Assembly: GCA_029717555.1 (NCBI GenBank)
Contig: JAMDHS010000092.1
Span: 1 to 64,000, forward strand
Length of the DNA stretch: 64,000 nucleotides
Reading direction: 5' to 3'
DNA from: Peribolospora baueri
Taxonomy: Eukaryota
Each line of letters starts with the position of its first letter. The first letter of the stretch is position 1. The translations under genes and the position numbers were made by a program. This document shows positions 35,901 through 50,413 of this stretch, one piece after another. Below the pieces are notes generated by a model that did not search any database, was not told the DNA's origin, and saw nothing but the letters and a program-made list of their open reading frames with translations.

Positions 35901-37256
35901 GCTCGAGCGCGATCTCCAGTGGTTGGACGAAATCGACGGAGGTACACCCAGACGAAGGCATGGGTCACGTCGTGCGAAGACAGCTAGTGACGATTGCTGC
36001 GGAAGCGACCGACTGTTTTACCCCACCGGTTCGTGGAGAGCACCTTCGCTTCGAAGGCTTCGACATCCTGATCATCACCTTGCACCATGCTTTATACGGT
36101 GTGTGTCCTTAATGGACGAACGGTGTGCTCACTGTCTGAGGCTGGAGCTGATCCATCTAACTTGATCCGTTGCAGATGCGTGGTCCATGCCTCTACTGGT
36201 CTCTGATCTCGAGGCTAGCTACGCTGCTGAAATGATGCGGGCCAGCGCGGACTTCCCCGATCTCGTCCGCCACATATATCAATGTCGCGACATTGATTCG
36301 GACAAACGGTACTGGCAACGGTCACTACGAGACGCCAACGAGACCATATTCCTGAGAAGGTCAAGTTCCCCGTCGACTGCAGACATCAAAGACACCTTCG
36401 TTTTCCTGCCGTCCGTGATTCGCGATTTACAACGCCTGACCTCACTTGCCCGCGAAGCCGGTCTTTCTATTCCAGTTCTCCTGATCTCCGCTTTCGGTTC
36501 TCTGGCCGCTGAGCAGCTTGACGTCGGCAATCCCACCTTCGGATTGTACCACGTTGGCCGGTCGTCGTCATTTGCAGGCATCGAGACCCTCGCGGGCCCG
36601 ACCATGACCATCTTGCCTGTTGTGGTTCGAGGCGCAAAGCGACGCGACGGCCGGTCACTTTTGGATATGGCGAGGGTCGCCCAGGAAGACCTGGCGAGCA
36701 GGACGGAGCACGAACAGACGGGCCTCGATGAGATCCACTCTTGGCTCGGAAAAGATAGCAAGCCATTGTTCAACGCGTTTGTCAACCTGCTCTGGCTACA
36801 GGGCAGCAACGATGACCGAGAGGGAGAAAATGTTCTGTTTCAGCGGATCAAAGTAAGTGCGGAATATACCTCTGAGCGCAGCACATATGACATTGCGCTG
36901 ACAGGGGACACGTTCGCAGGTTGGCGAGCCCGTGGACTTTGCTCCACCTCATGCTTTCACAAGTCCAACCGCCGTCGACGGGCTGGATGCACGTCTTTCA
37001 ATCATAGTATGTGCCAATGAAACATTGACAAAATCCTTTTCGTGACACTAATTTGGGGAACCTTTTGTCTTGATTGCTTGCTGATGCTCAGGCCGACCTC
37101 AACATCGACATTGCCATCACGTCGGACGACTCCATCGGCATCGGTATTCGGTGTCCGCAGGACTTGATGGACGAGAGGACGGCGGTGAACCTTGCTAACG
37201 GAATAGGGCAGAGGGTGGCAGTCGCAGTGGAAGCTTTGGAGAATGGCAGAGGGTGA
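20973..37256 (+). CDS. Ferrichrome-family siderophore NRPS (Sid2/SidC-like): (C*)-A1-T1-C1-A2-T2-C2-A3-T3-C3-T4-C4, many introns
   Basis: Three A domains (AYVIWTSGTTGEPKG, AYILYTSGTTGKPKG, AYVLFTSGSTGRPKG, each with YRTGD and a terminal Lys). Four carrier serines (LGLDS ~24430, LGFDS ~29040, LGFDS ~33495, FGLDS ~35460). Four HHxxYD(G/A) C motifs (~25250, 29765, 34257, 36083). No TE or reductase domain. Confidence 0.92.
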
Positions 37257-37424
37257 TCAGTACCGGGTATGAACGTGTATGGAGGTCCTGTTAGTACAAA
37301 TAGTATCAGACATGTCGGTCTCCATGGAAATGAAAGTTTTACTCCCAACGTAGAAGGGCCGACGTCAGACGAGGCAAGGAATTATCATTTCAACAACTCC
37401 ATGAGCGAGCGTCCGCCATTCCGG

Positions 37425-39001
37425 CTACACAGGCGGCGATGGCTCCCAGTAGAACGGGCTCAGCTGGAAGAAGCGCTCACGAGACCATAGGACTAGAGCA
37501 GCCCGCTTGTGTGGCAAGTCGATGAGCTGACGGTATGAAAGTTGACCATCAGCCTGATGTTTCAGAGCAGCCTGTCAGAGGTGTTGAGGGAACAAAGCTT
37601 ACCTTCTCAACATGACCGCCATGCTCGCACTCATACTGGATCATCTTCGTGTTCGAGGCTCGCGGTTCCGAAACGGCTTGCTGAGTGCGAGGATCGAGCA
37701 AGAAGATGAGCTGCGAGAAACGTCAAGTGAGGAATAGAGACAAGGCGGTCAACCAAGGTTTTTGGTCAGCGGTAAAGCTTCTATAACGTGCGTGTGGAAC
37801 AAATGGAGAAGGCCTCTCACATGCAGCAGCCCTGCCATCCACGCCCGTACCCTATGAGGACCTCGGAAACGCTCTTCGCCAACGAGAGCGTGGAAGCCAC
37901 GGGCATATTGATCAAAGGGGTGAAAAGCGGCAATGTTGCTCTCCTGGGGAAGAAGCGAACGGGCGAGGTGAGCTAGGACTACCATGCAGTCGCCCCTATT
38001 CCCCCCCTCAAACCAACAGAATAAGGAAAGGAAGGGCCACCCACCTTGACCCAATAGATCTCAAACCACCCAAACTCGACTCCATCAAAGCTACCCACAA
38101 GCCCAAGGCTGCTCTCACTGTCCCTCACGCGCTCCAAGTACCGCCGATGCCCTTCCAAGCTGTCCCTCTGCCTCCACATTCGATTGACCCGATCCGAGTT
38201 CTGCCATTCACAGAAGAGCTGTAGGTGTCTCGGGACGGAGTCATCGATGGTCTCGTCAACCTTGGGTAGGTGGAGGGGCGTGAAAGTGAGATATTGGTTG
38301 AGCCAGGGAATGAATCTTGTGTATATCGGCTCGGGTGGGGGAGCGTATTCACTGGAGAAGATGGGCGGCCGAAGGACGGAAGTGTGGAGAGTGTACTGGC
38401 TACCAGCCTGTCCCGTCACCAAAGTGCGATTGAAGATGGGAGGAAGAACGATATTGTGAGGGTAATAGTCCTCGTTGGTGAGCCAAATATACGGACTTGA
38501 ACCGGCGCCTTGATAGAAGGCGGCACGGGAGAGGAGGAGGATGGGCTGCAGCTTGGCGGTCGTACCCGACGCGCTTGATCCTGTCGCACCTGGTGGTTGC
38601 ACGAGGTAGGCGAGACCGTCCCGCAGCATATCCCTGATGAGAGACTGGTATTGTGGCCGAATATCCAGCTCGACGCGAAACGCCTCATGCTGGGGGTACA
38701 ACACCTCAAAGAGGGCGTAAATGGCGGCATACAATCCCGTGAGGAGCACGTCCGCAGCTGGCTCGCCGAAGACCACCTTGCCCATCCTTCCAGCGCGGGC
38801 CCAAGGAGTATTGTCAGCTGGCTCATCCTCAGGAGGTAAGGAGAGATTGGGAAGCCCCTCCACGCTCAGCCGCAAAGACTTCCCGTCGCTGGACGTAAGA
38901 GTGAAGCTAGCTCTCCCATCACTTGGGGCATGGGAGACGACGCGGTATTGCCGTCTATCCGGAAGATGGAAGATAGCGGAGGTGCGCGGGTGGCTGAACA
39001 T
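37425..39001 (-). CDS. N5-hydroxyornithine acyltransferase (IucB/SidL/SidF-type GNAT), 4 exons
   Basis: IYTRFIPWLNQYLTF, EWQNSDRVNRMW, FGWFEIYWVK, RGFHALVGEERFRG, FLLDPRTQQAVSEPRASN, IDLPHKRAALV...RERFF. Confidence 0.9.
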
Positions 39002-39468
39002 ATAAGCGAGCGTGTGCGTGTGTGACAAGAAGGTCAAGAAGAGGGAGGCGAGTGTGAGCAGGAATAGATAGATAGATGGTGATCAAGAAGAAGCCGAACG
39101 CGAGCCCCCGAGATCGGAGATGGGCTAGCGGATCAGATTAGACGCCGGTACGGCCCAGCCTCGCACGACCGACCTGACTTGCAACTGTTGTTAACCTCAG
39201 TCTCGAGAGACACTCCAACGGGCTACGGGATCCGATGCAAAATCTTCCACATCCCCAACGTTTTCCAATGCAAATTAACTAAAGTCTCCCACGCTCCAGC
39301 AGATTAAGTAAATGGCGAAGTTCGAAGATACAAACGAACATCTCTCGGCACTGTTTTGGATGTCGGCCGTCTGAATGGTGACGGCCGTTCCTGGGAGCAT
39401 CCACATCGAGCATGGCGCAGACCTGTGCCACCTCAGATCTCCCCACATCGTGCCTTCAATGTAGTCCA

Positions 39469-40973
39469 TCAGAAGATGAAGGGGATCATGGCCTTCCTGT
39501 GGAGCTTGCGGTACTCGTTGGGGAACTCCTTCTTGTAGTTCCGGTGTTTCTTGGCAGCCCAAGCGAGCATCTGCCCGGCTCCGACCACGGTGAACAAGAC
39601 GGCTGTAGAGATCGGGAGGAAGAACTTCCATCAATGCTGCATGTTCGCCTTTGGCGCGACAATGTCGACAACCGCGGGAGAAGATAGTGACTCACCGGCC
39701 CAGCTGCCGGTCAAGGCCGAAACGGCGACCCAGGCGAGCGTCTCAAAGAAGTAGTTGGGGCACGACACGAGGCTGAAGCCGTAGCCCTTGGGGATCTTGC
39801 GGACGCGAGTACCGGGCGGACGGAGGTTGCGCAGAGCAAGATGGGTATGCAGGTTGGACAGTTGCGCGTACTACGAGAGAGGTGGAGGAGAAAAAAAGAA
39901 GATGCGGTCAGGTCGACGCGGCGCGCTCACGAGTCGATGGGCAGCCGAAAAAAGACGACGCGGCGAAGCCAAGACCTGTCACGCACAGCCCACACGGCGA
40001 TCCAGCCAGCCAGCCACTTATCGTCGTCCCAAATGGTTCCAGCAAGCTTCTGTGCGCTATTCCAAGGACCGTAGATAGCACCAGCGAGAAGGACGCCTTC
40101 AAGGATCCAGTAGTGGGCTGAGTTTTTGAAGATGTTGAACAGTGGCATGGTACTGGAGCTGAAGCGGTGGACAAAGAGGGTCTCTAGCTCGCGCTTGAGG
40201 TTGTGCATGAGTACGAGGCCGTACGTGACCCTGGACGGAGAACCGTGACGGGAGCGCCGCTCCGTTGAGCAAAAGAACATGTCATGGTGGTAGGGAAGGG
40301 AGGAGACCATCGAGCTCACTTCTGCATCCTAGAGTGGGCGAAGGACGTGCCATAGACTTGAGGGCCCAAGTGGAAGAGGAGGGGATGGATGATGAGTGGG
40401 CCGAGCTGGCGGGGCGTCGATGGGGATGAGACGAGGAGGAGGTAAGCGACCCTTAATCCAAGCGAAAAAGGCCGGCCGTGGAACGATCGACCGCGCCCGC
40501 CCATTCCTCCTTTCGACCCGCGTCGCAACTCACGTACTCGACCAGGAACACCGTCCTCCAGGCAATCTGAGGCCCAAGGTCCTTGAGGAGCAGCGTATCG
40601 CCATTCTGCACGCCATACGTCTCGAGCGCCGCCTTGTCGTCCACGAGCGCCTTCTTCGGGTCCGTCGAGGGTACGAGGCGCTGGCGGGTGGGATAGAGCT
40701 GAAGAAGGAGAGGGTTAGACGGGACGTCGAGGAAAGAGATGGAATGAAGGTTAGTGGAAGGGTAGATCAGTGCTCCCGCGCTGTGGAAAAGAATGGTCTG
40801 CGCGCAGTCTTCCCCGTCCCGCTTCCGCTCACCTTCTTCACCTTGGCCCACACGGCCTCCTTAACGTCAGCGACCGTCACAGGGCCTTCATCGTCAGGAA
40901 CCTCAATCTGGAAGGGGAACTTTTCGCTCCCCGGCTTGGGGTTGCGCAATGCGATGGTAAGGGTGAAGGGCAT
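39469..40973 (-). CDS. TSC13: Very-long-chain enoyl-CoA reductase, multi-exon
   Basis: Ubiquitin-like N-terminus, [63 protein letters not shown]...RKAMIPFIF*. Confidence 0.93.
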
Positions 40974-41471
40974 GTTGTGTTGATGTGTGACGGACGAGTA
41001 ATGAATTCGTTTCGCCGTCGATCAGTCGGACTGGACTGTCTTTCTTCTCGGCGCCGCGGTCGCGCATGTGCGCCGCAGTCTCGGAAGGGGAGGGGAAGAT
41101 CGGCGCTTCCATTTCATCTTCACATGAGCGACGAACACATCCTACAAGAATGGCAGCGACATGGTAACAACGCAAGCACGAGCGAGCGATGACGAGAATA
41201 TGTATGACGGTATGAGCCGCTCGCCACGCGCGCGTCTGAGATGGGGGAATCGTAAGGCTTGTCGGTCCGGACCGAATGCGGATGAATGCAGAGCGTTGTA
41301 GGGAAGATGGGGAGATGCGAGTGGGTGGGGATTAGTAGGGAAGCAGAGGCACGGGCGCTGGGTTGTCGGCGTAACGAATGTACTCGGAAGACGAATTGAT
41401 TATGGAAGAGGGAGGCCGTCCCGTCCGTAGTTCCGCCACCTCCCTCGAATACTGCCGGAACGACAGCACAC

Positions 41472-43729
41472 TCAGATGTCAGCAAACATGGACGATCCGA
41501 TGCCATCGGGGACGGAATGCATGAGCCACTCTGTGTTGAAAGGGACAAAGAGGACGTGTCAGACGGGTAGGTAGTCCCAACACGGTGACGAAGCGGGAAG
41601 GACTTCGTCACTTACCGACTTCATGGGTGAGCTCGGCGCAAAGGAGGTCAAGCGGCAAGTCGGCCTGGTCGTGACCAAAGGGGAACTCAATCTCCGCTGC
41701 GATAGCTTCCATGCCAAGGAGAAGGATGGAGATAAGGAAGACGAAGAGGATCGTCCACCACCCGACATCCGCGACGAAAGCGAAAGGCTAGCGAACATCG
41801 GGAGAGGGGGAAAGGGGGGTGAGCGTTCGCCGTAGTTCTCGGGCACTCTTTCTGGTGATCGCACTCACAAGCGCCATGAGGTAGAAGAGGATGACTTGGC
41901 GGAGATGGATGCTGTAGACGCTGGGGATTTGGGCTGCAGGAAGAGAAAGCAAGGACGAAGCAAAGGCGAAGATGGGAAGCGTGCTCGTCAGGGATCGTTG
42001 CCGCACCCTAAAAAATGTGATGTCGTTTTGCGTGCCTCACTCACTTGTGCTGATACGCTCCATGTTACCCAAGCTCACGGTCATGTTGTCGATGCGAGCC
42101 ATGATAGATCCATACGATCCAGGATCGAGCTGGCCCTGATATTTCGCCGAGCCGAGGTACCGTACGAGTTCGTGGGCGATGCTACAGGAAGAGGGGGGGC
42201 GAGGCCCATATGAGTAATTTGCACTCGAACTTTCGAACCACCGCCTGAGAAGCACTTACACCTGAGGCAAGCTCATCGGGGGCTTGTTGGCGAAAAAGGC
42301 GCGAATGGTCATGTCGCGGGATTGCCGCTGTCGCTTGACCTGCGGCTTGCGTCTAACGAGGCTGTTGTACCCGGAGCCATGCGCCCTGTCCAAAAGGGGT
42401 GTCTTGTGGTTAACAGCTGCCTTGGCCTTGGCGTTGGCGACCGCTTCCTGACGGCTCTGCTCCGCCGCGGCATCGGCGGCCCTCTGGCGCATGTCGCGCG
42501 CCGCCTTGTCCTCCTTGGCGAGATCGGACGCGTCTTCGACTTGGACGAGCGTCTCCTCCGTGCCGCTGCTCCTGTGGTCGCTCGAGCCACCCGCAGGCGC
42601 GGGGGTGAGGTCCCCGTTGGTATGCACACCGGTGACGCCCGCCGGAGGTTCGACGATCTTGCCCTTGCCACGGAGACCGAAACCCTTCATCCAGAACTGG
42701 GCGACGTCCACGGGAAGGACTGCCTCGTAGTCTTCCCAGTCAAGCCCGATCTCGCGACGAAGGTGGTGCTTCACGGCGACGGCGAAGCTGACGAGAAGGT
42801 GCATGCAACGAGCCTTTTCGAAAAGCAGCTCCGCGTGCGTAGGCGGCAGCGCAGGTGACGGGTCTCTGCCCTTGCCATTGAAAAAGTGCGTAGAGGGAGG
42901 AGGGGAAGGCCTGGTGAAAGTGGCGGGATCGGTGGAGACGTTGCACCTGCGAGGACGGTCGGACAAGAATGACGCACTTCACCTGCCGCCCTCTCTAACG
43001 GAGAACGTCCGCTCCAAACGCGAGGGAGGGTGAAAGACGCACCAGATGTAGCGGCTTGCGATTCTGATGTCGGTGATCATGGCCTGGTACTGGGAGCGAC
43101 CATCGTACCAGCGGTCGTACTAATATCAGAGGAGAGAAAGCGAAGCGAAAAGGGACGTATCGTCAATAACCCGAACGCGGGCGCGATGCCCTACACGTAG
43201 GACAGCAAGTCGCCGGCCCTGTCCCCGCGCAGCTCACCGCTCCAGCGTTGCGGAAGGCGACGAGCAAACCTGGGGGAACGAACGAGCAGCAAAGATGAGC
43301 GAAATCTGCAGGCTAATAGCCCTATCGAAGACGCTGCTCACCGAGAACGAAGATGACGTTAGGCAGCACGGTAGAGCTGAGGGTCATGTGTATGTAGCCA
43401 AGAATGTTGGCGGAGGACACGATGACCGCCCAACCGGTGATGATCGACACGGGAACGACGATGGCGCCGAGGATCTGGGAGACGAGCGGAGGCGGGGCGG
43501 GTCAGGAACGGATGTGAGACACGACGACGTCGAGCTCGTGCTGCGCGGGTACATATATAATAAATATACACGGACGAGCGAGGCAGCCGGCGATCACCTA
43601 GCGAACCACACACGTCCTACTCACGCTGCCTCTGAACCGGACGACATCGCGGAAGAAAGCCCTCCTGGACCGCTCCTGCCGGGCCATCTCCTCCTCCTGG
43701 GCCTTGACAAACGTCTCAAAGTCGCGCAT
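41472..43729 (-). CDS. UPF0187/bestrophin-like anion channel, multi-exon
   Basis: TM helices, then LLVAFRNAGA-YDRWYDGR, LLVSFAVAVKHHLR, NMERI, IPSVYSIHL and GMEAIAAEIEFPFGHDQADLPLD. Confidence 0.82.
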
Positions 43730-44954
43730 CTCGGGCGGCGGCGGTCCTACCTGGACTTAATCCTGCTCGTCCTTGCCTCGTCTCGTGGCTGCTGAGAGAA
43801 AGAAGCGAGTGCTTGGTCGATCCGCCCTCGGTTCGTCCGTTTGGTCGCGGTCTGGTCCGGTCGGGTAGCTGGAGGAGGGGGCGGCGGCGGAGGAGGGGGA
43901 AAGAATCGGTCGATGGGGAGAGAGGGGGACGAGAAAGGGGATGAGTGGGGAGGGAGTGAGAGCGGTAGGTATAGTGTAATGCAGGGAACGACGACGGCGT
44001 GGACGACGTAACGAGAAAGAGCAAAGCTGTGTCTCCATCGCCATCCGCCGTCACGTCCGCCTTCCGGGTCCAACGCCTCGGCAAGCAACTAACCCTCCCT
44101 TAGCAGGCTTTGCCCGAGCCGACGGCACGCTCGACCCACCCAACCAAACCAAACCACGCAGCGGCGCGGCCGTAGCGGCGGCACCACTCGCTTTTTTTTT
44201 TTCGTCACACTGCAGACAGACCGGTCTAACAGATAGAGACGTCACACGCAGCTCATTCGACGCCGCTGCATGGATGGAGAGATGGATGGATAGGACGGAA
44301 TGAATCATCAAGGCCTGAATCGAAATCGAGCGACATCCCGACACTAGCAGTTTCTTTACAGCTCGCAACCCAGTCAGTCAGTCCACTCGCCGTAGCAGAG
44401 GAGAAGAAATCTGTCCACCAATCCAAACCCCCGACGACGGCCTTCACCGCTCCTCATCTTCATCTCAACGCTCTGGTATGCCGTGGACCTTCCAGATAGG
44501 AACGCTTCTCCCCGAACGTGAAATCCCGAATTTCGAAATGCAGTACGCGGATGAGCCAGTGGGAGATTGGGAGAGAGGGACGGAGGGAGGGAGGGACGGA
44601 GGGAGGACGACGACGAGAGGAAAGGAAAAGGCTACATGGAAATGCGAGGGCCTGTTTATTGATAGGTCGTCAGGGGAGGGAAGGCTCGGCATCTAGACCC
44701 GACCTAGTGCCAAGTCAATCAAAGAGGGATAACGTGCGATGGGGACCGATGGATGTGTATGTACAGCGAATCCAGAAGCCATGCCAGCAGCAAGACCGGA
44801 CGAGCGTCTGCGGTGAGAGGACAGCGAAGGTCGATGTCTCAGTACCTGGATGACGCGAGGGCACGACATGACATAACGGTCCAGAAGCCACGCGAGTTTT
44901 GGAGAGAAGTGTGAAAGACATGGGGCCAAGGTACGGGCGCGGGTACGCAAATGT

Positions 44955-46895
<1,941 letters not shown>

Positions 46896-47196
46896 GGTTA
46901 CCAGTGCAGAGGGAATGATTTTTCCGCTGCCTACAACCGTATTGGACTCTACTCGGCGGACCTGGGAAGAAGGAAGCGGCTGAGGTGAGGCAAGGGAAAA
47001 AGCAAGGTGCGATGGATGGGACCACTGTCGGTCTATAAGAGCGGCGCCGCTGGAGAAATGCTTTTCTTCGCAATTTGGAGTACTGCGGCTGCCCGCCACG
47101 TGGGTCGTTGATATGCGGAGCGGGCACAGCCGTCCCCTCAAGAGCGGACACAGGTTGACGACGAGTCGAGCTGGCTCCCACATGAGAAGCGTTCCG

Positions 47197-47355
47197 TCAC
47201 AGCGGCTCACACGATATCTACAAGCAGAACATGAAGTCGATGAGGTGGCAGAGAGTTTAAAGGATTCAACGACTCTGTAAGTCTCCTCGTCAAATGTCCC
47301 AAGGCCTCTTATCGACTTCATGTTCTGCTTGTAGATATCGTGTGAGCCGCTGTGA
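47197..47355. repeat. Perfect 45-bp inverted repeat with 69-bp spacer (MITE-like element or hairpin RNA)
   Basis: 47197-47241 TCACAGCGGCTCACACGATATCTACAAGCAGAACATGAAGTCGAT is the exact reverse complement of 47311-47355. Confidence 0.9.
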
Positions 47356-47580
47356 TATAGACAAACAGGAACAGCTAGTCGACTTTGTCTATTCTGAAAG
47401 GACTATCCACAACAGCCAAATAGATGCCTGGACATGCCATGATCTTTAGCCTTTCTCGGCACATGGCTGTGCCTCTTGACAATCTCCTCTTGAGATATAC
47501 CCTTCACCTGACACTTGGAAGGATCTGAAAAAAGCATTGTTCCATGAAAAGGTGGAGACGGTTAGAAATACCATCAAGAG

Positions 47581-47776
47581 GGTCCCATCAAACTCAAATA
47601 CTTTCCAAGATAGAAAGGTGTTATTTGACTATAGCTGAGAGAAAAATCGTCATGGTATTCCTCAAGAGGGAGCGTGGGCGCAGTCGGGCCAAATTCCCAC
47701 GGTATGGTCACCGTGACGAAGTTGTATGAAGTCACGAGGTCCCATCAAACTCAAATACGTTCCAAGGTAGAGAGGT
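47581..47776. repeat. 39-bp direct repeat, two copies (47581 and 47738), 3 mismatches
   Basis: GGTCCCATCAAACTCAAATAC(T/G)TTCCAAG(A/G)TAGA(A/G)AGGT. Confidence 0.85.
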
Positions 47777-48353
47777 CGGAGAGTAGGGTTACCCCGTCGT
47801 TCACCTGACGACCGGGCTGCCATCACCCTCTCACTGTTCCAAATTCATCTTCCGACTGATAGATAGCAACCATGCTCACTCAGTTCCAGGATGCGAAGCA
47901 GGGCAGATGCACAGCCGTCTCCAACGGGCAACAGTTAAGGAACGCTGCCTAGGCTCCTGGTCCCTCCCCCATGCTTGCTCGCGACGCGGGACGCTTCGCA
48001 CCACCACCACCATCCTCCCCCTCCCCACTAACCCTTTTTCCTTTCCGCCTCCCCGTTTGCTTTCTCTTTTCTCTCAGTGCGCAGGCTCGCTTTTGTTTTG
48101 GGATCGATTTTGGACGCCGTGTGCAGCAACTCTCGTTACGAGCTTTGACGCTCCTCTCCTCTCGTCGTCATTACCGGACAACAGATCGCGCATTTCTTCG
48201 ATTCGGATTTGTTTTTCTCCGGCTGGAGAACTCTCTTGATTCTTCTCGCACTCTCGACAGCAGTCTGTGACTGCCAATGTGCCATATTTATTAACCCCTA
48301 CTATCTCGCTCAACTTCAGCTTCCTCGTTCGGTCCCCCGAACTCCAGTCCGAC

Positions 48354-50413
48354 ATGGCTTTGGTAACGGATCAACTACCGGAAATCGAGAGCCTTACGGG
48401 CGACGACCAACGCTTGTCCGGCGACTCTTCCGTTGTCGCCGACTCTTCGACATTACCTCAGTTTATCGCCAGGCCTCTGTCGTCCGTCTCATCGTCTCGA
48501 AGTCTGGACGTCCCAACAGACGTCCTTGCTGCCGACGGCACTACGACTGCGTCAGAGGCCGAGCAAGAGGAGCATGTCGGGCAACCAGCGTTCGAAGCCG
48601 ATGCGGAGGAACTCGGCAACGATCCCCCTACCACACCTCCGTCGGTCCCCTCGCATCGCCGTCCGCGTCTTAGCATGGACATACTACGCTCGATCTTACC
48701 ACATCGTCATCCTCGCGAGGACGATAGCGTGGATCTTGAAGCCTCTACCGACTCACCAGCGCAGCCAGCCACCTCCGTCAGTCCACCCCGCGGACGGGCC
48801 CAAACACGCTCTTCCAGCAGCAGTGGCCCCCGCGGCAGGTCCGACGGAGCAAGAAACAGAGACTCAGACCAGCATCACTTTTCTGAAAAGAGCGCATCCG
48901 TAACGGTCCTGGGAGCAAAGGAGCCGCGAGTACGGTCAGCGAGCACTGTAAGCCTTGGTGTGACGCCTGCGCTGGTCACCGAGGACGTTCGAACAAGTCA
49001 AAATGGTACCAACCTGTTGGTATCGACCGAAGCGACTGTCAGTGGCGATAGGGACGTGCAGACGATGCGCGAGCGCGGGAGCTTGCCCCTTGTTGCCGCC
49101 ATGATCACGGCACCTACTCCGGCATTGCTCTCACAGGCCAGAGACGGCACACCAACCGTTGGCAGCGGACCCACAGCCCAACCTTTAATGCGGAACTCCA
49201 GTCTCGGTAGACAGCACAGTGGACGTTCACAGCTCCGCCGTGAGGGCTCGACGAGGATCGCAATGAGCCGCACTCCGACTTATCGCACTCTTCCCGATCG
49301 CAACGCGCAAGGTCTACCTGCCTCCGATGCGTCGGGAACGAACACCGCCAGAGGACTACCGCCTCCTGCCCAAGCCAGCTCAAAAGAGGTAGGAAGCAAA
49401 AGCTGGCTCGCGCGCCACCTGTGCCCTTCCTCCCCCTCCAAGATCTGTCGACCTCGGCCCCTGCTGGGCGTGAAGACGGGGACGCGCGTGCGCGTTTTCT
49501 CAGGGATGATCATGATCGTCCTCGTCGCGGTTTTCTGGCCACTTGCGCTGCACCTCCTCAACAAGAAGTCTTCGAATTCCTCGGACGGCCACGGCGGCGA
49601 CAACATCGACGGGCGCAATGGCAATGGGATGAACAACCCCTTCTTCGGTAATACCAACGGCATTGCCTTTTACGTTGACCTACTCTTTCTCATCGTAGGT
49701 GGTGAGTTTCAATACATTTCTGAGTTTTACTTCGCTCTTACCTCCAAGTATCCGTCACTGATCTCGTCGGCTTTACCTTACACATCGTTCCTTTGGCTTT
49801 CTCAGGCTCCTCCGTCTTGATCACGATATCAAGCCTCCTCCAAGCATCTCGCGAACGCTCACACTACCGCAGGCGGGAAGCGGGCATCGCGGCGGGTCTG
49901 GACCCGTCCACGACAGACGGGGAAGGCAACGACCGTCGTTCCGCCTCTCCAGATATGGGAGACCAGGCTTGCCCGGCACGCAGTCAGCAAGCGTTACCAA
50001 GCTATGGCCACGTGACTCGACAGAACAGCGAGGGGGTACATACAGGCGACGCAGAGGACGTGTACGTGAACGCGATGGTTGCAAGGGGTGCCTTACCCCT
50101 CTATGGGGACAACAGGGGAAGCACGCTTCTCCTCGCAAACTTCGCCGCCCTGCAGGCCGATGCCGCGCGTCGCCTCAGCACAGCTTCCAGACGTTCTCGT
50201 TCGAGCTCGAAAGAGGACGAAGAAGACGAGCAGGTTCTCGTCGGAAGGACATTGGAGCTCGAGCGGCGGCTCACGCTCGAGATGCTTGGCGGGAGTCGCA
50301 GCGAGCACCAAGACGCTTTGCGCGCGCTAGCAGAGGGCAGGGACCCCACTTTCAATCGACGCCAGGACGCTGGGGTGACCGAAGTGGAGGCTGTCGCAAG
50401 TGGAGCTAGGTGA
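48354..50413 (+). CDS. Hypothetical membrane protein: long disordered N-terminus, two predicted TM helices, 1 intron (~49702-49806)
   Basis: Long ORF with hydrophobic segments VFSGMIMIVLVAVFWPLALHLL and IAFYVDLLFLIVGG-SSVLITISSLL. A phase-1 intron joins it to ORF 49793-50413, which has LPSY/LPLY motifs. Confidence 0.72.

Noticed and set aside
21000..37256. NRPS as a pseudogene or as several separate genes
   Set aside because: The stops and frame changes examined are explained by GT-AG introns that restore conserved motifs.
39469..43729. TSC13 and the bestrophin-like gene as members of the siderophore cluster
   Set aside because: TSC13 is a conserved fatty-acid elongation gene. Neither has a known hydroxamate role, and no ATCWGATAA box was seen upstream of either.
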